64,000 nt of DNA from Octopus vulgaris (taxonomy: Eukaryota): NCBI GenBank assembly GCA_951406725.2, contig OX597830.1:23250001-23314000 (forward strand), read 5' to 3'. The notes beneath the pieces are model-generated. The model was given only the letters and a program-made list of their open reading frames with translations. It was not told where the DNA came from and made no database searches. Numbering within the stretch: the stretch's first letter is position 1; each line of letters opens with the position of its first letter. A program made the translations under genes and the position numbers. Positions 52,901 through 64,000 of the stretch are shown here, one piece after another.

Positions 52901-53154
52901 AACAATAGCAATTGTGTGTGTGTGTGTGTGTGTGTTTATAGGAGCTGTTGAAGCGTGTGAGTGTTGCTCTTTTAGAACTGTGTGTTACATATATTTCCAG
53001 TGAGTGTTGCGCATGTGGAAGTAAAATGTGTGTGATGGGTTATTTTTTAACTTTTTGCTTATCTCCCTTTTGTAGATATGTGTGTGCGTTGCGTGTCACT
53101 GTGTCAATGTTGTAAAGCGGGGTGAATATTTTCTAGTGTGTGTGGGTGTGTGTG

Positions 53155-53690
53155 TGAAAAGAGAGAGAAAGGGAGTGGGAGAGAGGGAAAGAAGGAGAGT
53201 GAGAAAGAGAGAGGAGAGAGAAAAAAGAAGAGAGGAACACAGAAAAAGAGAAGTAAAGAGAGTAAGAGAGAGAGAGAGAGCGAAAAAGAGAGGGAGAGAG
53301 GGAGAGGGTGAAAGAAGGAAAGTTAGAAAGAGAGAGGAGAGAGAGAAAAAAGAAGAGAAGGACACAGAAAAAGAGAAGTAAAGAAAGTAAGAGAGAGAGA
53401 GAGCGAGAAAGAAAGAGAGAGAGGGAGAGATTGAAAGAAGGAGAATGAGAAAGAGAGAGGGGAGAGAGAGAAAAGAGAAGAGAGGGACACAGAAAAAGAG
53501 AAGTAAAGGGAGTAAGAGAGAAAGAGGAGAGCGAGAGAGCGAGAGAGGGAGAGAGGGAAAGAAGGAGAGTGAGAAAGGGAGAGGGGAGAGAGAGAAAAAA
53601 GGAGAGAGGGACACAGAAAAAGATAAGTAAAGAGAGTAAGAGAGAGAGAGAGAGAGCGAGAAAGAAAGAGTGAGAGAGGGAAAGAGAGAG
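53155..53690. repeat. Purine-rich (GA) tract with ~120-bp higher-order periodicity
   Basis: ACACAGAAAAAGA(G/T)AAGTAAAG recurs four times (~53238, 53362, 53487, 53611). Confidence 0.85.
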
Positions 53691-53934
53691 TGTGTGTGTG
53701 TGTGTGTGTACACGCGTATGTATTTTGCAATGTGCGTGTAAGTTTGTACGTAAGTAGAATGTCCGTGTATGCGTTGAATTTTTGTGTGCCGTGAAATGTT
53801 TTTATGTTGACCACATATATTTGTGTGTGCTTGTGTACACGTATATCTGTAATTGTATTGTGTAGAATTGCGATTGTTTTTGATTGTTCTTGGGAATTGT
53901 AAAGTAGTAAAGTGATCTCCTGTTGCCTTCTTCA

Positions 53935-54462
53935 CCGCACTCCGAGCATGAAGACCAGGATCCGTTTGTTGAATTTCTATGTCGATCCTGTGTTAATGCA
54001 TGGATGTGAGGCATGGCCTATAACATCAAGAATGAGAAAATGCTTGGAGAATTATGAAATGTGGTTCTTTAGGAGAATATTGAGGATAATACGGACAGAC
54101 TAAGTGTCTAACGACAAAGGAGAATATTGAGTTTAGCATAGACAGACAAAGTGTCTAACGAAGAAGTGATGACCCGAGCTGCGGTAAATAGGAAACTGTT
54201 TCGTGAGATAAGGTCCAAGCAACCGAGATTTGTTGATCATGCGATGAGGAAAGAAAGCCTGGAGAATTCAACGATGAATGGAAAGATTGAAGAGAAAGAA
54301 AAAGAGGAAAGTGGAGGATGCTATGGATGTCAAGCTTGATGAATTGGTTGGAAGAAAGAGGCATTAAACACCAGGAAGTGAAACTATTACAGAAAACAAA
54401 GAACAGAGAATTGTGGCAGGGCATGATCACCTATGCCCTGCATTTTGGACATGGCACCTAAA
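53935..54462 (+). pseudogene. 3' end of an RTE/BovB-like LINE ORF
   Basis: RIRLLNFYVDPVLMHGCEAW..EMWFFRRILRI..VSNEEV..DHAMRKESLE..GKIE..NRELWQGMI; contains a short internal tandem duplication. Confidence 0.85.
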
Positions 54463-54650
54463 AAGAATGGAAAGATTATGTAGGAGTGTGTTTGTGTGTT
54501 TTCGGTGAGTGTGGATATCAAATATGAGTGTACGGTGGATTTTGTGAAAGAGGAAGGAGAGAGCATGTGCACGGAAGTATGTATGCATGTATATATGCAT
54601 TTATGCATGTATGTATGTATGTATGTATGTATGTATGTATGTATGCGTGT

Positions 54651-55553
54651 AATTATTCAGTTTTATTTCAAGATTTCTTGCCAATAGAGAAAGAGCCGGT
54701 TTCTAACCTAGATCCAAGGCTCCTTCATTGGAATTTCAACAATACTAACAAGATATTTTTGTATGTATGTATGTATGTATGTATGTATGTATGTATGTAT
54801 GTATGTATGTATGTATGTATGTATGTGTGTGTGTGTGTGTGTAGGTATGTATGTATGTATGTATATATGTGTGCAGATTTGTATGTTTTGTTTTATGTAT
54901 GTATTCTCATGCATATAGTTGCATATCTAGACATGCTCATATATATTTAAATGATAAACTTCTGGAAAGTTTTACAGATTTTTACAGTTCCAGTGATAGA
55001 TTTGATCTGTAGGCTTTGGATTAGCTTTCTCCTATCTGGTTTTGAGAAGCTTAATCTCTCAAGATTGGTATTTAGGCAATGTGTTACATATTCTAGGCCC
55101 CTAATAATTACAAGTATAAACCTGAACTTATAATCTAGATAGAGTAACTGCAAATTTCCCAATAGTTCAGCGTAGGTATTCTCTTTTTCACTAATCTTCA
55201 GCTTTGTGTTATTATCCACTGGGCAGCTAATCTCCACAACTGTACACAGTTTCTCTTCTCTATCCTAAATCATTATACCAGGTCTGTTGTGCTTACATTT
55301 TATTGAGGTTTTCACTGGGACATTCTAGCAGTACTCCTTTTTATTATGAGTGGCTATGGATTCTACCATAATGTGGGTTCTTATTTCTTTGTCCTCGGAG
55401 TTATCCTTCCGACGGATTTCATTATAGAGTGTCCTAGCTACATCATGTCTTACCAGTAGATAATACCGTGATAACATTTTTCGGACAACTGCTTATGATG
55501 TGGGTGATGTCTTCGGTGTTAACACCACAAAGTCTGCATCAGTCGTCACGTTT
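54651..55553 (-). mobile_element. 5'-truncated R4/Dong-like non-LTR retrotransposon (restriction-like endonuclease C-terminus plus 3' UTR)
   Basis: CRLCGVNTEDITHIISSC (CCHC knuckle), RHD, NRPG (decayed RPD), EISCPVDNN..KISEKENTY; contains premature stops; ORF stop at 54947. Confidence 0.85.
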
Positions 55554-55675
55554 TGTACTTGTATGTATGTATGTATGTATGTATGTATGTATGTATGCAT
55601 GTATGCATGTATGTATGCATGTATGTATGTATGTATGTATGCATGTATAGATACGTATGTATTTATATATATATA

Positions 55676-55749
55676 CTAGCAGAGATACCCGGCGTTGCCC
55701 GGTTACATTCAATAGAAGAATTAGACTTTTCTGTTATATATATATATGG

Positions 55750-55813
<64 letters not shown>

Positions 55814-57335
55814 AAATATATGTATAGTTGCCTATGCGAGAAGCAGGGCTCTTTCAAGAGAAAACCAGCTACAGAGAGGGTTTGACCCTGAGATTTGTTA
55901 ATGGACATGGCAAAGCTGACACGAAGGGGGAATTGCAGTCTTCTGAATGTAAATGGAATTTCTGCTCCTGATGGAGTAAGAGGAAATCTTGGAATAAAGA
56001 CGTCATCACCTTTTCCACATCCAGAAAGAATGATCGCCTCGATAACGTGTGACATCATTTTCTTTATCACCAGTCGTGTTCCATTGCAAAGTCTTGGTGG
56101 TTCCATATTGCGGAGTAGCATTACAGGAGTTCCAACTTTAAGTGGTAATATGTGTGGAGGTACTCGAGGAGGCTCCAGTGAATTGAGAAATTCAGGAGGA
56201 TAGTTCACAACTTCATTTATATCTGGAATTGTATCAACAGACTTGTAAGTGTGTATAGTGCCGAGAAGAGAATGCATTAGCTGTTGATTAATTTTGTTAA
56301 CAGCGACGTTTTTTGGAGCTAATATTGCTCTTTCACACAGCCAATTGTGATTTTGGTAGTTTTGTGTGAAGTTGGGAAAGACTTTGTTTTTGAGGTCATC
56401 TATAGAATTAACAACAGAGGAAAATGACCACACTTCCATTTGTCCTGCACCATCGAAAGGCATCTTGCCTTCACCAAGTGTCAAAATGTCCTGTGCAAAC
56501 TTTGTGGACATTTTGTCGCTGTGTAGCTGAGCTGTCATGTTAGTGGTGAGACTAAAGATTGTAACATGATGCCACAGGGTAGAGAACTTTAGGCATGCTT
56601 GAACTTCATCAGCTCTAGTGCCTTTCGGAATGACAGGAAGAGTTTGCCTGAAATCACCTGACAACAGAAGCGTTACACTTCCCATTGGAGCTTGACAGTC
56701 TCGGATGTCTTTCAGGGCTCTATCTAATGCTTCCAAAGTTCCCTTGTGAGCCATAGTGCACTCATCTCAGACAATTACATAACACATTTTAAGTACTTGT
56801 CCCTGATCTGAGCTTTTGTTGATGTTGCATGAAGGCATTTCGGATGCTGCTAAATTGAGAGGGAGTTTAAAAGTTGAGTGTGCTGTCCTGCCACCGGGTA
56901 ACAAAGTAGCTGCAATGCCAGAGGAGGCTACAGCTACTGCAATGTCCTGATGCTACCTAACTTCTGCAAGGAGAAGCTTTGTAATAAATATTTTTCCTGT
57001 CCCTCCAGGAGCATCGAGGAAGAAGATTCGTCCCTCGCGTTGGCGTACACTGTTAAGAATAGTTCTGTAGGCCTGCAGCTGGTCCGGAAGTAATTTAGGC
57101 TCATTTTCAACAATGTACTTTGAAAGCGCTTGAGTGTCGTAGGTTGTTTCACGAATGACAGCAGTGAGAAGGCTATTTGACCCTGACCTGAATGCTTGTG
57201 GCAGGCCATACGTCGACAATTCATTTCCACCCAGTTTAGCAATTCTGTCTTCATTGTCAATGAGTGTTTTGTTATAGATTTCATTGCTGATACCCTCCAT
57301 GTCAGGATAGAGCAGTTGAGCTTGGCGCTGAAGGG
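55676..57335 (-). mobile_element. Helitron fragment: Pif1-family helicase half of RepHel (pseudogene) with intact 3' terminus
   Basis: ORFs 56953-57300 and 55663-56754 are one frame broken by two stops. Motifs: DAPGGTGK, ASSGIAATLLPGGRTAHSTFKLP, V*DECTM, GDFRQTLPV, LCNGTRL, FAMSINKSQGQTL, FSHRQLY. 3' hairpin CCGGGCAACGCCGGG then CTAG|T at 55676. Confidence 0.93.
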
Positions 57336-58670
57336 GACAATGTTTTTCAGATTCCGGTTCGAATGTAAGGCAGGTTTGAAAGTGTTCTCAACAGTTATTA
57401 GTTGTAGTTGTAGAATGTTTATGCCGAATATGTACGTATGCATGTATATATATGTATCTATGCCTGTATATATGTACAAAATCCACTGAGAAGGCTTTTG
57501 TTGGTCTGAAGCTACAGCAGAAGACACATGCCAAGTCACCACACAGTGGGACTGAACCCAGGACCATGTGTTTGGAACGTAGTTTGTTACCACACAGCCA
57601 CGCCTGCCCCTATGTATGTGTGTGTGTGTTTGTGTGCGTATGTGTGTATGGGTAGATATATTATGCATGTATATATGTGTATATATATGTGTACATATTA
57701 CATGTACATCTATATATATACATATACACATAAAATACAAAATACAAAGTTATATCTTGATATCGCTAGTGATAACAATACTCAAAATATATAACAGACT
57801 GGAATTGTAGGCCCGTCTCTTGCAACTTCGATCAATTGGATCTTGACCTCCCTCTTGTATAGAAGTGTACGGCTGCAGCGAAATTCATTTTTGGACTTTC
57901 TTCTATCGAAGGCATTTTAACAAAAATGCTTCCGTAAAGACAGTGAAAATATTGTCAATTTCCCCAAACAATAACCAAAGCCCCTTCTCCGAAAGGGGGA
58001 GGGTTACGGTTTACAATTATTTAACAAATGCAACACAACAACGTTTCCCTGACGAGGAACCAACAAACGTGATTACAAGAGTCAAACAGTAATAATAATA
58101 ACAACAAACCTTTTTAATTTATCCCCATTTATGTGAAACCACTTATTCAAGTTCAAGTCATTGATGCAATTTTATACGAATTGCTAATATACACATAATG
58201 AGGGTGAAAAATTGAATATTAATTTTATTAATATAAATTGAAAACCAGTGGTGTAGCATATAAGACCATAGCGGATCTTCCCCTAGCAAAAAGGATGACC
58301 TCTATTAATGGCTCATCCCAGTTATATAATACTTTCACTTTAATAGTTTCACACTTGCAAAGAGAAAGTAGGAGAAAGTGTGTTGGTAATAGCAGGAGTA
58401 AAGCACTTGAAATGAGATAGGCAAATCGTAAAATATTTACTTTTCTCAAATTTTTGATTAATTGGGGGTCAAATTGAAAAAACTTTATATGTCATGACCC
58501 AATCGAATCTACTTCGAAAAATCATAGGTAAATTCCAATTGAAGAAATTCTATATTGTAGAATTGTATTAAAAACGAACATGGTAACAGGCAGAGAAAAC
58601 CTGCCTTTTATCATAAGAGATAAATATATATAAATAAATATATATAAGAGATAAATATATATATATATAT

Positions 58671-58788
58671 ATATGGTAAATGAAAAATGGAAGATGGAAT
58701 ATACGAGAAATTATTATTAATCACGTCAACAATCGTGATTAATAATAAATTCTCGTATATTCCATCTGCCGTCTTTCATTTACCATAT
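58671..58788. repeat. Near-perfect palindrome, ~55-bp arms and 8-nt loop
   Basis: ATATGGTAAATGAAA..TAATCACG-TCAACAAT-CGTGATTA..TTTCATTTACCATAT. Confidence 0.9.
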
Positions 58789-58857
58789 ACGTAACGAACA
58801 CTGTGAAAAGGACCGTATTTTACCAGTAAGTTACCATGTGTAAACCATTCGTTTTAT

Positions 58858-59245
58858 TCTCTCATATATAAAATCCGTTCTGTGTGTGTGTGTGTGTGTG
58901 TGTGTGTTTGTGTCGTCTAGGATATCGGGCATCCTCCATCCGATTGTGCTCAGATTTGATATGTAGATACCGACGGTATCAGGGCGTGTATAAGTCTTGA
59001 AAAAATTAAGAAAATAGATTCCAGGTAAGAATGCGATCGATAAAGCCGTGGGAAATCGTCTTTCTTTGGAATAGAAAAAAAGACTATCTTTATTTCTTCT
59101 TTTGCTGGTGTCTCAAAAATCTAGTTTAAATCAGTGTTTCTCAAAGGGGAGGCCTAGTGGACGGTTGGACAAGTTCTTTTGAGAAAATTTGCTTTAAATG
59201 TTTGCCAACTCAGCACCGTCCATTGGACGGGGGGCGTTTTGCTCG
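58858..59245 (+). mobile_element. Non-autonomous Helitron-like element (family H2)
   Basis: 5' TCTCTCATATATAAAATCCGTTCTG(TG)n; 3' palindrome CCGTCCATTGGACGG then GCTCG|T. Confidence 0.7.
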
Positions 59246-59429
59246 TATACACACACACACACACACATACACACACACACATATATATACATATATATAC
59301 ACACACATATATATATACATATATATACACACACATATATATATACATATATATACATATATATATATACACATATATATACATATATATATACACATAT
59401 ATATATACACATATATATACACACATATA

Positions 59430-59478
<49 letters not shown>

Positions 59479-59759
59479 CATATATATATACATACATACA
59501 TGCATACATATATATATATACATGCACACACACATATATATATATATACATGCACACACATATATATATATATACATGCTTCGTACGACCATGACCACTA
59601 ACAACAACAACAATACTAAAGGTGATCAAGACGAAGATAGCAGGAAAATTATCTTATTTAGGGTTAAAAGTTCTATTGCCACCACCATCACCACTAGCAA
59701 CAATAATTAAGGTGCTGACAATGATGATGATGACAATTGAAATATAAAAATATAAAAAT

Positions 59760-60225
59760 CTCTGACAAAGGATATTTACAACATTTCTAAAAATAACCCA
59801 ACAATTGCTGCTTCGGCCAGGGTCAAGATACAGGACTCTTGACCTGTCCAACAAAGCGTGATGCCTAAACCAATCAGCTCAACCAACCAATCAGCTTAAG
59901 TAATTGAGTGATACTACACACTGATTGGTCAGAATACAGTTTGCAAAACCTAGCACTCTGGAGCCTACCCAGCTGTATTTATAGCACAGAATCACTCATC
60001 TTGCTACAGTCAAAAATTGTGAAGCATGACTGTCAACACTACTACATGAACCCGAAGATTGCAGAATTCAATGCATGAAAGTACTAGTTCAATCAGAATG
60101 AATATTTAACATTCTACTATTTCATTTTATTTTATTCAATTATAATATATTATCTTATAATATATCATTATAAGATTGTAAATAAAACGTGAAAATCAGA
60201 CAAGGTTGGAATTCTTTTTATTAAT
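59760..60225 (+). mobile_element. Penelope-like pseudo-LTR with hammerhead-like motif (60047-60091)
   Basis: TGAAC-CCGAAGA-T-TGCA..TGCA-T-GAAAGTACTA-GTTCA: 5-bp stem I and palindromic AGTACT stem III. Upstream CCAAT motifs, downstream AATAAA; ends at (TA)n. Confidence 0.55.
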
Positions 60226-60240
60226 ATATATATATATATA

Positions 60241-60646
60241 TACGACCTTAAAAGTCGACTCTATGAGGACTTTTAAGGTAGCTCCTGCGGAGGGTCAGTT
60301 GGGTTCGCAGCCCAAACTAAAGAAAACAACAATAATAATAAAGCATTTATTGTTACCCTTCCGACATGATATTATTTTAAATTCAGTTTAAATGAAAAAC
60401 TTGTAAGTTGACAAATTTTTGGAGTTCTTTCAAAATTTGAATTTTCATCTGTTAGCATATAATAAATCCTCATCCAGACCTGATCCCAATGCAGGATGTT
60501 CGAGAACCAAGTGAAGGGTAGACTTTCAATCCCGGGATCATCCTGATTCCAAAATGGTATAAAATGTCTATGTAGAGCAAGCGTAGGCTGGGATATTGGG
60601 GTCTCGGACGGACGAAAAGACAAAATTTCGCGTTTATTATTATAGA
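60241..60646 (-). mobile_element. Helitron-like non-autonomous element (family H3)
   Basis: 5' A|TCTATAATAATAAACGCG; distal hairpin CCTTAAAAGTC..GACTTTTAAGG; no canonical CTRR end seen. Confidence 0.45.
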
Positions 60647-60647
60647 T

Positions 60648-60693
<46 letters not shown>

Positions 60694-62444
60694 ACGTGTG
60701 TGTGTGCGTGCGCATGCGTGTGTATGTCTGTTTGTATGTATGTATGCTTTTCTTTGAGTTGTAAGTTCTTTTTAAGCGAGTTCAATCCAGCCGCAAACAA
60801 AGCGATAACACTTTTTGAGTTAAGAGAGTTCCCGGTGGCGAATTATTTTTTTCCCACGGGAGTTCCGGACCCCAGTAATGAACTCATTTGTAATGAACTC
60901 ATTCAGAGCTCACGTTCAAAATCCACATACTGTGTACTGCAACTGGACAGCCAGTCAGACAAAGAATGGTGTATGCCACTCTGTGAGTACAGCATAGCAG
61001 ATCTCACATAAGAACCATTTTTCTCATCACCATCTTCTGAGATCAATTGAGTACCATCTCTATATGGAGCTAACATTAGGTACCTATGCTCAGACTGAGA
61101 TTAGTGATACTGCATGTACCTATGTACTCAAGGAGGGCGCAATACGACTCAACGCCATATTGATTACGATGTTTCCAGATCAACACCAACATTTTAAATT
61201 AGGAATGTACAAAATCAGTCAAAAAATTAGGAAACTACACTCATTTACATTTTCTAGTACATTATGCAAATTGGCAACACTTATGGCATCATCGATGGGC
61301 AGCTCTCCATTCACTTTATACACTAAATTTCACATTTGTCTCCCCTGTTAACCCGTTTAGAACAATTAGATTTTGCTGTAACGCACATTTTCCACTGAAT
61401 TCAACCAGAGTATTTTCGTGACTAGGTAGACACTAGTTTGATAGCTGAGCTCTGATTGGCTGTATGCAAATGAGTCCATAACTGGGATCCGGAACTTTCG
61501 TGGGAAAAAAAATTTCGCTTCACGGTGTTAGTAAATATATTGCTGAGTTGGTGAAAAGGTTTGAACCATCGATGCACATAACCAAATGCGCAAACATTCA
61601 TTTTAAGAATATCAGAAGAAGAGTCTTTGAAATGTCTTACAAATTCTTACTGACCCGCAAACAGATTGGATTTGGAAAATACGCGTCAGTTTCTTTTGCA
61701 CTTTCTTCGAAAATCCTAACATGTCTGAGTTTTTCTATATATGATAGATTTTTTGTTTATTTATGCGCCCTTTTCAAGCCTAGCCAGGCTCATGGGTTCG
61801 GTTTCCCGGTTTCTGTGGCGTATGTCTTCTTCTCAGCTGGACGGGACGCTAGTCCATCGCAGCGTTACTCAAGAAACAGGAATAAAGAGTGAGAGAAAGT
61901 TGGGGCGAAAGAGTACAACAGGGGTCGCCACCACTCCCTGCCGGAGCCTCATGGAGCTTTAGGTGTTTCCGCTCAATAAACACACACAACAGCCGGTCTG
62001 GGAATCGAAACCGCGATCCTCCGACCGCGAGTCCGCTGCCCTAATCACTGGGCCATTACGCCTCCACATACTTGATAGATACAAAAGAAAATTTATTTTT
62101 TCAGGGTACAAGAGCTGTGAGCTTCGCATTAGTTTACCATAAATGTTCCTTCTTCGTGGACCTTTGACTATACGTTCACGTTGTAGAGGTCAACAGCTCA
62201 GCTGACCCCTACAACGTTGCATGACTTTTGTTCTCTGTCCTACAGGGCAATATCAGGTCTGTTGGGTTTGCACCGATTTGCTGTTTTCATTGGGGAATTC
62301 CACCAGCATTCCTTGTTTTTAAAGCTGTAACCACTTTTTGGCTCTGACATGCCTTTGATGTATCCGCCAGGGAAATCCTTTCTGCGGATAGTTATAGTAA
62401 ATGGTTTTTTGCAACGATATCATGTCTGTTATGCCTCACCGTTA

Positions 62445-62550
62445 TGTCTGTCTGTTTGTCTGTCTGCTTGTTTGTCTGTCTGTCTGTATGAATTTATGTA
62501 GGCGGGTGTGTGCGTATGTAGGTATGTACGTACGTACATACGTTTGTATG

Positions 62551-62582
<32 letters not shown>

Positions 62583-62808
62583 TGTATGTATGTATGTATG
62601 TATGTATGTATGTATGTACGTTAATCTGTACGTACGTATTTATGTACGTACGTGTCTGTCTGTTTGTCAGTCTGTATGTATAAATATATGAATGTATCTA
62701 CCTATCTACCTCGCTTGCTATGTATGTATGTATGTATGTATGTATGTATGTATGTATGTATGTATGTATGTATGTATGTATGTATGTATGTATGTATGTA
62801 TGTATGTA

Positions 62809-62885
<77 letters not shown>

Positions 62886-62891
62886 ATGTCC

Positions 62892-62935
<44 letters not shown>

Positions 62936-63879
62936 GTCTGTCTGTCTGTCTATCCATCCATCTATCTATTTACCTCGGTGTGTGTGTGTGCGCGTATGTA
63001 AGTATGTGTAGAAGTTATTAAAATGTGCGCATATCTGTGTGTGTTTCAGAACAACGTGTGTGTATTGGGCATTTTATCTCTATTTCTTCACTGTATAGTT
63101 GTGCTTCAATGTGTGCGTGTGTTCGTGTGTACGGTGCATTTATGTGTGTGTATTAGTACGTTTTGTGGTTCTGTTTATGAGTGATGAGTGTGTGTGTGTG
63201 TGTGTGTGTGTGTTTAGAAGGTTATTCGTTGGTTGTGCTTCTGTGTATCTACACGTGCATAAGTGTGTTCTATATACATTTATACGTCACGTGGTTGTGA
63301 TTGTGCGAGTGTGTACATGCATGCTTGTATGTGTGAGTGTGTGTGTGTGTGTGTGTGCTGTATTGTATGTATTCAAATGAAGTGTCGTATTTGTGTATGT
63401 ACTGCTGAGTCTGTATGTGTGTGTGCATGTGTTTGCGTGTGTGTGTGTATGTGTGTGTATCTTTGTGTGTTTGTGTGTATGTGTGCGTTGTAGTGTATGT
63501 ATTAAGATGACGCGTTGTTGTACTGTGTGTGTATATGTATGTATGTATGTACCTGTGTGTGTCTGCGTGCGTGTGTGCATGTACGTGTGTGTATTATGTA
63601 CGTGTGTGCGCGTGCGTGTTGTGGTGTATGTATTAATATGACGCGTAGTTGTACGTATGTGCGTGCGTGTATGCGAGTGTGTGTGTGTATGTGTGTGTAT
63701 GCGTGTGTGCTGTACTCTGTGTATTAATATTGACATGACGCACAGTTGTACTCGTGTGTGCATGTATCTACTTCTGCAAGCGTGTGTGTGTGTGTGTGTG
63801 CGTGAGTGTATATATGTATGTATGTGTGTTCGTGCGTGTGTATGTTTATCTGAGTGTGTTTCTGTATGAGTGTGTGTGC

Positions 63880-63924
<45 letters not shown>

Positions 63925-64000
63925 TGTGCGTGTGTGTCTGTGTGTGTGTTCATGCGAGATAGTGTGTGTATGTATGTGTTTGCGCGCGCGCCTGTGTGTG
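62445..64000. repeat. Compound microsatellite field (TATG, TCTA, TCTG, degenerate TG)
   Basis: Direct reading of the sequence. Confidence 0.95.

Noticed and set aside
53082-53935. Long charged or Leu/Ser-rich ORFs
   Set aside because: Translations of the purine-rich GA tandem tract.
55663-56754. Host PIF1 helicase gene
   Set aside because: Intronless, two in-frame stops upstream, truncated at the last helicase motifs and followed by a Helitron hairpin-CTAG end.
56934-57740. 268-aa minus-strand ORF
   Set aside because: Chance open frame across microsatellite, a SINE and an alternative frame of the Helitron helicase.

Overview
Repeat-dense, AT-rich eukaryotic genomic DNA, most consistent with an octopus (coleoid cephalopod) genome; this is recalled from the tRNA-derived SINE families and microsatellite load, not checked by search. 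Only one convincing host coding segment is present: a minus-strand first coding exon (34392-34604, 71 codons, strong Kozak, type II membrane anchor, GTAAGT donor) resembling peptide O-xylosyltransferase (oxt/XYLT). No second exon was recognised, so 1-34391 is probably intron 1. The rest is decayed mobile DNA: two Tc1 and one mariner relic, several MITEs, a Helitron Pif1-helicase fragment plus non-autonomous Helitrons, RTE and R4/Dong LINE fragments, a foldback element, many SINEs and microsatellites. Most ORFs in the supplied track are artefacts of these repeats. The most interesting hidden signal is a set of eight minimal hammerhead-ribozyme-like motifs (CUGANGA-stem II-GAAA-palindromic stem III-UH, closed by stem I) in about six different Penelope-like terminal repeats. 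Other notable items are inverted SINE pairs (potential ADAR substrates), a Dong-like LINE inside (TATG)n, and recurrent short local duplications.
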